Source: Alphaproteobacteria bacterium
Lineage (GTDB): Bacteria > Pseudomonadota > Alphaproteobacteria > UBA8366 > JADFVY01
Length of the DNA: 64,000 nucleotides
Direction: 5' to 3'
Assembly (NCBI GenBank): GCA_041563955.1
Contig: JBFGQV010000001.1
Location: forward strand, 1,508 to 65,507
The notes under the pieces are model-generated. The model made no database searches and was not told the origin of the DNA. It was given only the letters and a program-made list of their open reading frames with translations. Within the stretch, counting starts at the first letter, position 1. Each line of letters starts with the position of its first letter. Position numbers and translations under genes: made by a program. This document shows, piece after piece, positions 28,221 to 36,447 of the stretch.

Positions 28221-29366
28221 ATGGCGATAACGATCAATCTCGGCGGCCGCGGCGAACGCTGGGAGATGGACCTGTCCACGCTGCCCGTGGAGCGGGTGCA
28301 GACGGGCAGCCGAGTGTTCGGTGTGTTCATCGTGGTGTTCGCGCTGATCTGGGGCGGCGCCCCGATCCTGGGGCTGGTCTCCGAGCTGCAGGCCGGCAGA
28401 TTTGGTGCCGAGACCCTGCTGTTTCTGATCTTTCCTGTGATCGGCATCGGACTGCTTCTGTTCGGCGTGCACAGCCTGATGTGGCGCCGCCGGATCCTCT
28501 TCGACGGGCGTTCCTTCACCGTGGCGGAGCACGGCCTCAAGGGGACCCGGCAATGGAGCGAGCCGCTGTCCGCCTATCAGGGGGTGCTGCGGCATTCCCG
28601 GCACGTGCGGACCAAGAACAGGAGCTATACGCTCTACATGATCGATCTCGTGCATCCCGACGGGGAGCGCAGGATCAATCTCTACACCGGTACAAGCGAC
28701 CGGGGACTGCGCGAGAAATGGGAGGATTTCGCACGCCGCCTCGGACTGCCGGCGCTCGAGGCGGGCGAGGGCGGGATGGTGCGGCGGGATGCGGAGGATC
28801 TCGACAAGTCGGTCGGCGAGCTGATCGCCGAAGGCAAGGTCGACATCGACCGCGAGGCCCTGTCGCGACCGGCCGAAGACCTTGCCGTCTCGCAGGAGGG
28901 CGACGTCACCGTCCTGACCCGGACCGGCCCGGCCAATCCCTGGTGGGGTTCGCTGATCGCCGTTCTGTTCCCGCTGATCTTCGTCGCCGTCGCGGTGTTT
29001 GCGCCGGACATGCCGATCTATGCCAGGTATCTGTTCGGTGGCCTCGGCGCGCTGTTCGAGGTCCTCTTCCTGGCCGGCGTCGTCACGGATCTGCTGTCGC
29101 GGCAGCGGCTGCGGGTCGGCCCGGCCGGCGTGTGGGTCAATCGCGCCTACAGCCGTAGTGAGAGCAAGGGCAAGCGCATCGAGTGGGATCGCATCGAAAC
29201 CGTGACGATCGCCCGCAAGTCCGATGCGTCGCGGCCGGCCCTGGCGGTCGCCAGCGACGATCAGACCCTGACCTTCGGCGGCGGCCTGCCGCGACGGTCG
29301 CTTGAATTCGCGATGAACACCGTTCTCGCCAAGATCGCCGAAACGGGCCGCCGTCGGCGCCGCTGA
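28221..29366 (+). CDS. Hypothetical membrane protein, apparent tandem [2 TM + PH-like] repeat
   Basis: RBS GAGGAG. Two TM pairs (aa ~30-90 and ~245-300). Each pair is followed by a basic stretch (MWRRRILF, LSRQRLRV) and a ~90-aa soluble segment. This resembles bPH_2/YdbS-type architecture (tentative). Confidence 0.65.
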   Translation: MAITINLGGRGERWEMDLSTLPVERVQTGSRVFGVFIVVFALIWGGAPILGLVSELQAGRFGAETLLFLIFPVIGIGLLLFGVHSLMWRRRILFDGRSFTVAEHGLKGTRQWSEPLSAYQGVLRHSRHVRTKNRSYTLYMIDLVHPDGERRINLYTGTSDRGLREKWEDFARRLGLPALEAGEGGMVRRDAEDLDKSVGELIAEGKVDIDREALSRPAEDLAVSQEGDVTVLTRTGPANPWWGSLIAVLFPLIFVAVAVFAPDMPIYARYLFGGLGALFEVLFLAGVVTDLLSRQRLRVGPAGVWVNRAYSRSESKGKRIEWDRIETVTIARKSDASRPALAVASDDQTLTFGGGLPRRSLEFAMNTVLAKIAETGRRRRR

Positions 29367-29384
29367 CGGAGGCCCCCGCCCGAC

Positions 29385-30014
29385 TTACAGCTGCAGGAAC
29401 CGGTCGAGCTCGAGCACGAAGATCGCGAACATGAAGAGGAAGGCAACGAACTCCAGCGCCGAGATGACGACCAGGGCGAACACCACGCGGCGGCCCATCG
29501 GCGTCATCGGCAGCCAGATCCGGTCCATGTACCAGCGCCACACGGCGTAGCGCGACCAGCGGCTCCACCGGCGCAGATAGTGGCGCAGATCGTGGCCCCA
29601 CTGGACCAGGCTGCGATCGACCTCGTCGGTCCGAGCCCGGCGCTCCGCGACCGGCGTTCCTGAATAGTCGTCGGTCACGGTCAGCGTCGATCCGCCGTCG
29701 CAGTCGGCGACGCGGAACTCGGTCGAAGTTTTCAGGCCGCTGCCGTAGACGACGCGCAGACCGTCCGCCAGAGGCTCGACATGCAGATCGGTTTCCAGCA
29801 TGCGCTCGTTGCTCAGATTGCGCAGGCGCACATGGTGGTGATTCGGCCCGATCCGCCGCCATTCGTCGAACCGCAGGAGCGTGTTGATGCGGAACAGGCG
29901 CTCCACGTTCTCGCGGCAGAACTCCAGGAGCGTGCGGCGGTCCAAAGGCGTTTCCACGGCCACCCAGGCGGCGTCCCGGTCGTCCGCACGCTCTTGGGGC
30001 CGTTCCGCCATCAC
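29385..30014 (-). CDS. Hypothetical protein with C-terminal TM anchor
   Basis: 209-aa ORF, last gene of the minus-strand cluster. Soluble N-terminal ~150 aa, then RRVVFALVVISALEFVAFLFMFAIFVL. Family not recognised. Confidence 0.65.
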   Translation of the reverse strand: MMAERPQERADDRDAAWVAVETPLDRRTLLEFCRENVERLFRINTLLRFDEWRRIGPNHHHVRLRNLSNERMLETDLHVEPLADGLRVVYGSGLKTSTEFRVADCDGGSTLTVTDDYSGTPVAERRARTDEVDRSLVQWGHDLRHYLRRWSRWSRYAVWRWYMDRIWLPMTPMGRRVVFALVVISALEFVAFLFMFAIFVLELDRFLQL

Positions 30015-30025
30015 CCGAATTCCCT

Positions 30026-30490
30026 TTACCGGCCCGGATGGGGCACGACCAGAAGCGGCACCCGCAGGCCGCGGACCAGCGTCTCCAGCTTGAGGCGCGA
30101 CCGGTAGCCCGGTGTTCCTTTCGGGCGCGGCGCGCCGACGACCACCAGATCACAGGCCGACTCGGCGGCTGCCGCGAGCAGGCATTCGGCCGGTTTGCCG
30201 AGCGTTGCGACATGCTCGTAGGACAACCCCCTGGACTCGACGGCCCGGCCCAGGGCCGCAGCATGCTCCACCAGCTCGCGCTGCAACTCCGACTCGACGT
30301 AGGTGCCGAACCGGTCCTGGGTGATGGCGTTGTTGAGCCAGTCATCGCCCCGCATGCCCTTCCAGAAATCGGGCACCACCTCGAGATGGCGGATCGTGCC
30401 GCCGGTCGCGCACAGGCGGAGTGCCGCCTCCTCGGCGGCGCGCGCCCCCGCGGTGCCATGGCTGGCAAGAAGGATGACCCGAGGCGTCAT
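30026..30490 (-). CDS. Universal stress protein (UspA family)
   Basis: ATG 30490 (MTPRVILLASHGTAGA...). C-terminal DLVVVGAPRPKG...VRGLRVPLLVV matches the USP ATP-binding region. Confidence 0.85.
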   Translation of the reverse strand: MTPRVILLASHGTAGARAAEEAALRLCATGGTIRHLEVVPDFWKGMRGDDWLNNAITQDRFGTYVESELQRELVEHAAALGRAVESRGLSYEHVATLGKPAECLLAAAAESACDLVVVGAPRPKGTPGYRSRLKLETLVRGLRVPLLVVPHPGR

Positions 30491-30572
30491 GGCGTTCACC
30501 GTCCCGTCGGCGAAAGAAACGGCCCGGCGCGTCCCGAGGGAAGCACCGGGCCTTTCGGACTTGCCTGCGACG

Positions 30573-30737
30573 TTACCCGACGAAGATGTAGACGCCAAGT
30601 GCGATCAGCAGTGCGCAACACAACGCCACCAGGTCCTCGCGGCGGTCGCTCTTGAAGATCGACAGGGCGGAACCGCGGTGGAACTTCGCCTTCCCTTCGG
30701 TCTGAAGGTCGATGTTCTGGCTGTCATTCTGTGACAT
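30573..30737 (-). CDS. Small (54 aa) single-TM protein
   Basis: Hidden as the tail of shadow ORF 30573..32033. ATG 30737 is preceded by GGAGGGAACGTG, 14 nt after the yeiH-like stop. Sequence MSQNDSQNIDLQTEGKAKFHRGSALSIFKSDRREDLVALCCALLIALGVYIFVG. Confidence 0.5.
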   Translation of the reverse strand: MSQNDSQNIDLQTEGKAKFHRGSALSIFKSDRREDLVALCCALLIALGVYIFVG

Positions 30738-30751
30738 CACGTTCCCTCCAC

Positions 30752-32314
30752 TCAGATGGTTTCGCGGACGAAGAGCAGGATCACGATCAGCGACAGCACC
30801 GCCTTGACCGTGCCGACGACTCCGCCGATGACGAGAGGCTGGCCGCCGGCCTGCCGCATCGCCGCGCCGGTGATCTGCATGCCCAGGCCGGTGAGGCCGA
30901 AGGCGAACAGCCAGGTGATCCATTTGCGGAAGGAGCGGATCATCTTGGCCGTGTGGTACACCGCGCCGTGTGCCTTCTTGAGGACCTTGTTGGCGTCCGA
31001 TGAAAGTACCGCAGCGTTGGTCAGGCCCCGGATCGTCGCATCGTCGTCGATGTCCATGATCTTGCGGTTCTCGATCAGCCGCTCCAGCGCCTCGGCGCGG
31101 GCCGGGCTCTGGATCTTGTCGGCCTCGGCGCTGAGCAGGGCCGTCTCTTCGTCGGTCAGCAGCTTCGACTCCGCGATCTTGTTGTCGAAGTACTTGCCCT
31201 TGTAATGCTGCGCCGGGGCGAAGATGCCGGTCGACGACAGCGCGAACATCAGGATGAAGCCGAGCACGAACAGCGGAAACTTCTCGAACACGACCCGCCC
31301 GACATTGACCTGCGCGTCGGCCGCCACTTCCTCCCGTCGCACGTACCAGACCGCGAGCCACAGGACGATGATTGGCAGGAACAGGACGCGCGTGATGTTG
31401 AAGATCTCGGCGACCTTCAGGGTCTCGATGCCGGTCGGCTGGTACGCCAGGGCCGCGCCCGCGACCTGGGCCGAGTTGAGGATGCCGGTGCCCGCCCAGG
31501 CGCCGAACTGGATGTGCCCGAGATTGAGCAGATGGCCGATCACCGGGAACAGGAACATGCAACCCACGCCCCAGATCAGGATCGTGCCGATGGTGTAGGC
31601 GATTTCCGTCGGTCTGGCCTGCACGACCGGCGCCGCCGCCACCGTGGCGGAAACGCCGCACACGCCCATGCCCGCCGACAGCACGCCGCCCATCGAATTG
31701 GGTATCTTGCGCCGGCGGCCGAGGAACAGCACGAGGCCGACCGATCCGAGCACGAAGAAGCCGATCATGACCACCGACAGTCGGCCCAGATGCGCGAGCT
31801 CCGCCAGGCTGTACAGCGTGCCGAGCAGGATGACGCCGGTCTTGAGGCCGAGACGCGACAGGCGCACCCCGTTTTCCGCCCAGCCCGGGATGCGGAACAC
31901 GTTGACCGTGATGATGCCGGCGAGGATTCCCAGAACCACGTAGTTCAGGCCCAGCACCTGGTGGATGTACTTGTCGGCCATCACCGGCCCCAGCGACTTG
32001 CTGATGACGGCAACGAACGGGGCGACGAACCACGTGACCAGCATGGCGATGAGCAGAATGAACATCCCGCCGGCAACCGTGGACAGGTAGTAGTCCAGAT
32101 TGCCTTCCTCATGCTTGCCCCATATATGCCAGGCGCCGATGACGATGCTGATGGCGGCGAACACGTAGCTGAGATCGATGATCTCGCTCGTCTTGCTGCC
32201 GATCTTCAGGTATCCGACCACGCCATCCAGCGCGCCGTACTGCGTGGCGGCGCCGATGATCAGGAGCAGCACGCCCATGATCAGCAGGGCCGGATGTTTC
32301 TTCGTGTAAACCAT
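30752..32314 (-). CDS. YeiH/UPF0324-family putative (sulfate) exporter with ~110-aa soluble insertion
   Basis: 520 aa, more than 10 TM. GGAGG sits 8 nt before ATG 32314. The family call rests on overall TM pattern and motifs (GVCGVSATVAAAP). A hydrophilic insert spans aa ~365-470. Confidence 0.7.
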   Translation of the reverse strand: MVYTKKHPALLIMGVLLLIIGAATQYGALDGVVGYLKIGSKTSEIIDLSYVFAAISIVIGAWHIWGKHEEGNLDYYLSTVAGGMFILLIAMLVTWFVAPFVAVISKSLGPVMADKYIHQVLGLNYVVLGILAGIITVNVFRIPGWAENGVRLSRLGLKTGVILLGTLYSLAELAHLGRLSVVMIGFFVLGSVGLVLFLGRRRKIPNSMGGVLSAGMGVCGVSATVAAAPVVQARPTEIAYTIGTILIWGVGCMFLFPVIGHLLNLGHIQFGAWAGTGILNSAQVAGAALAYQPTGIETLKVAEIFNITRVLFLPIIVLWLAVWYVRREEVAADAQVNVGRVVFEKFPLFVLGFILMFALSSTGIFAPAQHYKGKYFDNKIAESKLLTDEETALLSAEADKIQSPARAEALERLIENRKIMDIDDDATIRGLTNAAVLSSDANKVLKKAHGAVYHTAKMIRSFRKWITWLFAFGLTGLGMQITGAAMRQAGGQPLVIGGVVGTVKAVLSLIVILLFVRETI

Positions 32315-32883
32315 CGCGAAAACCTCCGCTGTTGTTTCCTTCGAAATTCTCTAAGCGTGTGTGTTGCCCGCGGCGCATACGCGGCCGCGAGGAACTTCGG
32401 ACAGTCTGTCATTCCGGTCGAAGAACGGGCCCGGTTCCCGAGCCGGCATGCGTCGAACCGCCAGCCGTGCGGTTGCCGTCTCGTGCCGCCGCACGGAAAC
32501 GGTTACGCTAGAGCGCATTGCTGCGTCCAACAGCCAGTGATTCGTTGGTGGCGCCCCCGAAGTACCCTGCCATGCAGGTTCCGGCAGGTGGGGCCGCACC
32601 GATCGTTGTGATCAACCACACGATCATTCGTCTGCCCGTCCGTTATGCCGCCCGTCCCGCTTCGGGCAGTACAATTGTGAACCCCTCTTTTTTTGGGGAG
32701 GCCGCCAGCCGTTCCGCAGGTCAAGCAGCGCCGTCGCGCAGGGCACCGCGGGTGGTGGCTCCGGTCGCGGCGTTGTCCGTCGCTGTCCCGTATCCCGGAT
32801 GCGTCACCGGTCCGACAGTGGCCCCAACAGGTATCGCGTGCCGCGGTCTGCCAAGCTGGACGTATCCTCCCGATTCGCACGAA

Positions 32884-32912
32884 AGATTAAAGAAACTTGA
32901 ATATATTGTAAA
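32884..32912 (-). promoter_or_regulatory. Candidate sigma70-type promoter for the yeiH-like operon
   Basis: Minus-strand reading is TTTACA-N17-TAATCT inside an AT-rich patch (32881-32960, ~33% G+C by hand count). It would give a ~560-nt leader. Confidence 0.3.
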
Positions 32913-33019
32913 CAAACTACCGCGCGTCACCTGTTTTGGTAACAAAACTACATAATTAGGCTAAGACGCGCCTGCGTGGACCCATCGGGGACGGTCCGTG
33001 GAAGCCATAGACTCGGGCG

Positions 33020-35053
33020 TTATCTGTCTGTCGGCGATGAGGCCTCGACAGAAGCCAGGAGCAGCGCATTGTCCCATGTCGAATCGCTGGATGGCGCGTT
33101 GGTCCGGACGCGGCGAAGCGCCGGGATCGCCGCTGCCAGCAAATCGCGCGGACCATTCGCATCCCGCTCGCTCACTGTGACGCTGACCATGCCCAGCGGT
33201 CGGCGAAGGTCCTCGCGCGTCACGGTGCCGAGCCACAGCGGTTGCAACGCCTCACCCCGCGTGACTCGCACCCGGGAGTCCCAGAGCCGCAAGACGATCC
33301 GTTCGCGGTCGCCCGGGCCGGGCAACTCCAACATGATCTCGGGCGTCCGCCCGTCATGCAGTTTGGGCAGCGCCGGCAGCGCGGTGATGCCGCCGGCGGC
33401 CAGCCAGGCCATCGCGCCGATGGCATCCCAGGCGGCCGGTTGTCGCCAGCCCGAGGGGCGCAACGTATCGATCAGATGTTCGGGCGCACCGGCCAGCTGC
33501 AGGACGAACGGTTCTTCGAATTCGCCGGCGAGATCGATGCGATGGGTTGGCAGGATCGACCAACCGGCGGCACGCCATTCGTCGACCGACATGGTGACCG
33601 TCTCCAGACGCGGCTGGTAGCGGGCCAGGTCGCGCGCATGGGAGCCGGCGACATTGATCGCGCCCGCGACCGCGAGAACGGCGAGGACCAACGGCAACAG
33701 GCCCCGTGTCTGATGGCCGGCCGGGCGGTGGCGAATATAGGCGATGCCCAGGAGCCCGACCCAGGCCACGCCGAAGCCAAGCCCCGCCGCGACGTCGGAA
33801 AACCAGTGCGCACCAAGATACAGCCGCGACAGCGCGATCAGCCCGATCAGAAGGGCAAGGCCGCCGGCGATCGCAGGCCGTAGCACGGGCCCTGCCTGGC
33901 GCGCGGTCATGACCGCGAGAAATCCATAAATGACGGCATTTACGGTGGCGTGGCCGCTGGGGAAGGAAAACGCGCTCCAGCCAAGATAGAGCTCGGGAAT
34001 GGGGCGGGGCGTGTGCAGCGCGATCTTCACGGCGGCCGCAAACGCCTGGGCGAACAGGATGGCCGCAGCCATGTACGCCGCATCAACCCAGGCGCGCCGC
34101 CATGCCAGCCAGGCGATTGCAGTCGCCGCGACCGGGACCGTCACCTTGGCGTCGCCGAGTTCCGTGATCGCGACCATGATCGAGTCTCCCCATGGCGACC
34201 GCAGCGCCTGCAGCGCATGGAAGATGGAGGCGTCGGCGCGAACCAGCGGATCGCCGGTGACGACGTCCTCGAGGATGGCGAAGAAGCCCAGACCGCCGAG
34301 GACCAGCAGAATGGAGAGGACAGCGAGGGTCCGCGCTTCCCGATGCTCCGGGTCAAGCAGCGCGAGGATCTCCCGGCCGAGGACGTTGTCATGGGCGCGC
34401 GCCCACAGCAGCGCCCGGCGCGCTGCGGCGGCGCCGGCCGGAATTCCCCAAAACAGCACGAGGCGCGCGACCACGATCAGCAGGTAGCCGACCAGCAAAA
34501 TGAGCAATATCAGCGCCGCCAGCCGTGCCGTTACGGCACCGGCCAGCTGCAGGCTGGCCCCGATCAGTGCGCCGGGGACGACATGGGCCGGCGCCCAGGT
34601 CAGGGCGGCCAGCGCGGCGGCAAGCAGAAACCGGCCCCAGCCGATGCCGGTGACGCCGGCGACCGCTGGGATGAGGCCCCGCAACGGCGGCGTAAAGCGC
34701 CCCAGTAGGATACCCTTGCCGCCATGCCGGTCGAGCAGGCGCCGCGCCCGGTCGACCAATTCGGGCCGATGCGACAGTGGTCCGAACGATAGCAGGCCCG
34801 GTCCATAGTGCCGCCCGACCGCGAAGGACGCGGAATCACCCACGATCGAGCCCAGAATCGCAGCCGTCAGCAGCGGCGCCAGCGACAGCGCACCGGACGG
34901 TACCAGAATCGACGCGCCGACGATCAGCGTCGATCCAGGCACCAACAGGCCCAGCAGCGGCAGCGATTCGAGAACGGCGAATAGAAAGACCATCGCATAG
35001 GCGAGTTCGCGATGGTCGGACACCAGGCGGATGATCGACTCGAGCAGGCTCAT
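33020..35053 (-). CDS. DedA-family / PAP2 phosphatase fusion membrane protein with LssY-like C-terminal domain
   Basis: ATG 35053 (MSLLESIIRLV). DedA segment (LGRFTPPLRGLIPAVAGV). PAP2 motifs PSGH and SRLYLGAHWFSDV. C-terminal ~200-aa extracytoplasmic domain. Confidence 0.85.
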   Translation of the reverse strand: MSLLESIIRLVSDHRELAYAMVFLFAVLESLPLLGLLVPGSTLIVGASILVPSGALSLAPLLTAAILGSIVGDSASFAVGRHYGPGLLSFGPLSHRPELVDRARRLLDRHGGKGILLGRFTPPLRGLIPAVAGVTGIGWGRFLLAAALAALTWAPAHVVPGALIGASLQLAGAVTARLAALILLILLVGYLLIVVARLVLFWGIPAGAAAARRALLWARAHDNVLGREILALLDPEHREARTLAVLSILLVLGGLGFFAILEDVVTGDPLVRADASIFHALQALRSPWGDSIMVAITELGDAKVTVPVAATAIAWLAWRRAWVDAAYMAAAILFAQAFAAAVKIALHTPRPIPELYLGWSAFSFPSGHATVNAVIYGFLAVMTARQAGPVLRPAIAGGLALLIGLIALSRLYLGAHWFSDVAAGLGFGVAWVGLLGIAYIRHRPAGHQTRGLLPLVLAVLAVAGAINVAGSHARDLARYQPRLETVTMSVDEWRAAGWSILPTHRIDLAGEFEEPFVLQLAGAPEHLIDTLRPSGWRQPAAWDAIGAMAWLAAGGITALPALPKLHDGRTPEIMLELPGPGDRERIVLRLWDSRVRVTRGEALQPLWLGTVTREDLRRPLGMVSVTVSERDANGPRDLLAAAIPALRRVRTNAPSSDSTWDNALLLASVEASSPTDR

Positions 35054-35226
35054 GAAACCGATGTTAGCATTGTGACCCCGGCAATTACCGCGAATGTACC
35101 GGCGCGGTGCGCCGGACTTCCCCGGTCGACCGCCCGCTGGTGCCGGGCGCGCCTCAGCTGGCGCGTGACCCACGTCAGCATGCCGTGATATGGCTGCCCC
35201 GAAAACCGACCGGATGACGGGGCAGC

Positions 35227-36435
35227 ATGGCAGACAGGACCCGCGCGCCCGTGAAGATCAGCAGCCTGCGGCGCATTCCGGGCGGCGTCTGGGCACTCGG
35301 CGTCGTCAGCCTGCTGATGGACGTCAGCTCGGAGATGATCCACAGCCTGCTGCCCGTCTTCCTCGTCGCCGAAATCGGCGTCGGCGTGCTCGTGGTCGGT
35401 GTCATCGAGGGCATCGCCGAAGCGGCCGCCTCGATGGCCAAGGCGGTATCCGGGGCGCTGAGCGACCGACTGGGACGGCGCAAGCCGCTCGCCGTTGCCG
35501 GCTACTCGCTTGCGGCGCTGACCAAACCGCTCTTTCCGCTGGCGGCGGGCGCCGGCTGGGTGTTCGCCGCACGGTTCGCCGACCGCATCGGCAAGGGGAT
35601 TCGCGGCGCGCCGCGCGACGCGCTGGTCGCCGACCTGACGCCGGTGCATCTCCGCGGCGCGGCATACGGGCTGCGGCAGGGCCTCGACACGGTCGGCGCC
35701 CTGGCCGGGCCGGTTCTGGCCGTCGCGCTGATGGTGGTGTTGCTCGGCGACATGCGGGGCGTATTCTGGCTCGCCGTCATTCCCGCCGTCGGCGCGGTCG
35801 TGGTGCTGCTGCTCTTCGTGCGGGATTCGCCGCTCGCCGGCCGCGCCGGCCCCCCCCGAGAACCGTTCCGGCGGGCGGCCTTGCGCAGCCTCGGCCGGCC
35901 GTTCTGGACGACCGTCGCGGTGGCCGGAGTCCTGATGCTGCCGCGGTTCAGCGAGGCGTTCCTGATCCTGAGGGGCGCGGGCCAGGCGCTGAGCGCGTCG
36001 TTCGTGCCGCTGGTGCTGGTCGCCATGAATATCGGCTACGTCCTGACGGCCTATCCCGCGGGCGCTCTCTCCGACAGGGTCGGCCGGCGCGGCCTGCTGC
36101 TCGGTGGCTACGGCGTGCTGGCCGCAGCGGATCTCGTGCTGGCCGCGGCCGCGGCCGCGGCCCCGCTGCTGTCCGGCGCCGTGCTGTGGGGGGTGCATAT
36201 GGGCCTGACTCAGGGCGTCCTCGCGGCCCTCGTCGCCGACATGGCGCCCGCGCGCCGGCGCGGGACGGCGTTCGGCATCTTCCATCTCGTCACCGGCCTC
36301 GCCGTCCTGCTGGCCAGCGTTCTCGCCGGATGGCTTTGGCAGGGCCTCGGCCCGGGTTGGACGTTCGGCATCGGCGCCGCCCTCGCGGGCCTGTGCCTGC
36401 CGCTGATCGTCTTCGGCCTGCCGCGCCGTTCCTGA
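35227..36435 (+). CDS. MFS transporter
   Basis: 402 aa, 12 TM-like segments. MFS loop motif GALSDRLGRRKP between TM2 and TM3, repeated as GALSDRVGRRG in the second half. Confidence 0.85.
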   Translation: MADRTRAPVKISSLRRIPGGVWALGVVSLLMDVSSEMIHSLLPVFLVAEIGVGVLVVGVIEGIAEAAASMAKAVSGALSDRLGRRKPLAVAGYSLAALTKPLFPLAAGAGWVFAARFADRIGKGIRGAPRDALVADLTPVHLRGAAYGLRQGLDTVGALAGPVLAVALMVVLLGDMRGVFWLAVIPAVGAVVVLLLFVRDSPLAGRAGPPREPFRRAALRSLGRPFWTTVAVAGVLMLPRFSEAFLILRGAGQALSASFVPLVLVAMNIGYVLTAYPAGALSDRVGRRGLLLGGYGVLAAADLVLAAAAAAAPLLSGAVLWGVHMGLTQGVLAALVADMAPARRRGTAFGIFHLVTGLAVLLASVLAGWLWQGLGPGWTFGIGAALAGLCLPLIVFGLPRRS

Positions 36436-36447
36436 GGCGCCGTCCTC

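Noticed and set aside
30738-32033. Upstream part of the 486-aa minus ORF 30573..32033
   Set aside because: Out-of-frame overlap of the yeiH-like gene, with a Pro/Arg/Gly-rich translation. Only the terminal 54 codons were kept.
32315-33019. Cobalamin or other riboswitch, tRNA, RNase P or tmRNA in the long gene-free stretch
   Set aside because: I found no B12 box in proper context, no cloverleaf around the single GGTTCGA, and no GAGGAAAGTCCGG or tmRNA tag-like frame. It is kept only as an unexplained structured region, not as a named RNA.
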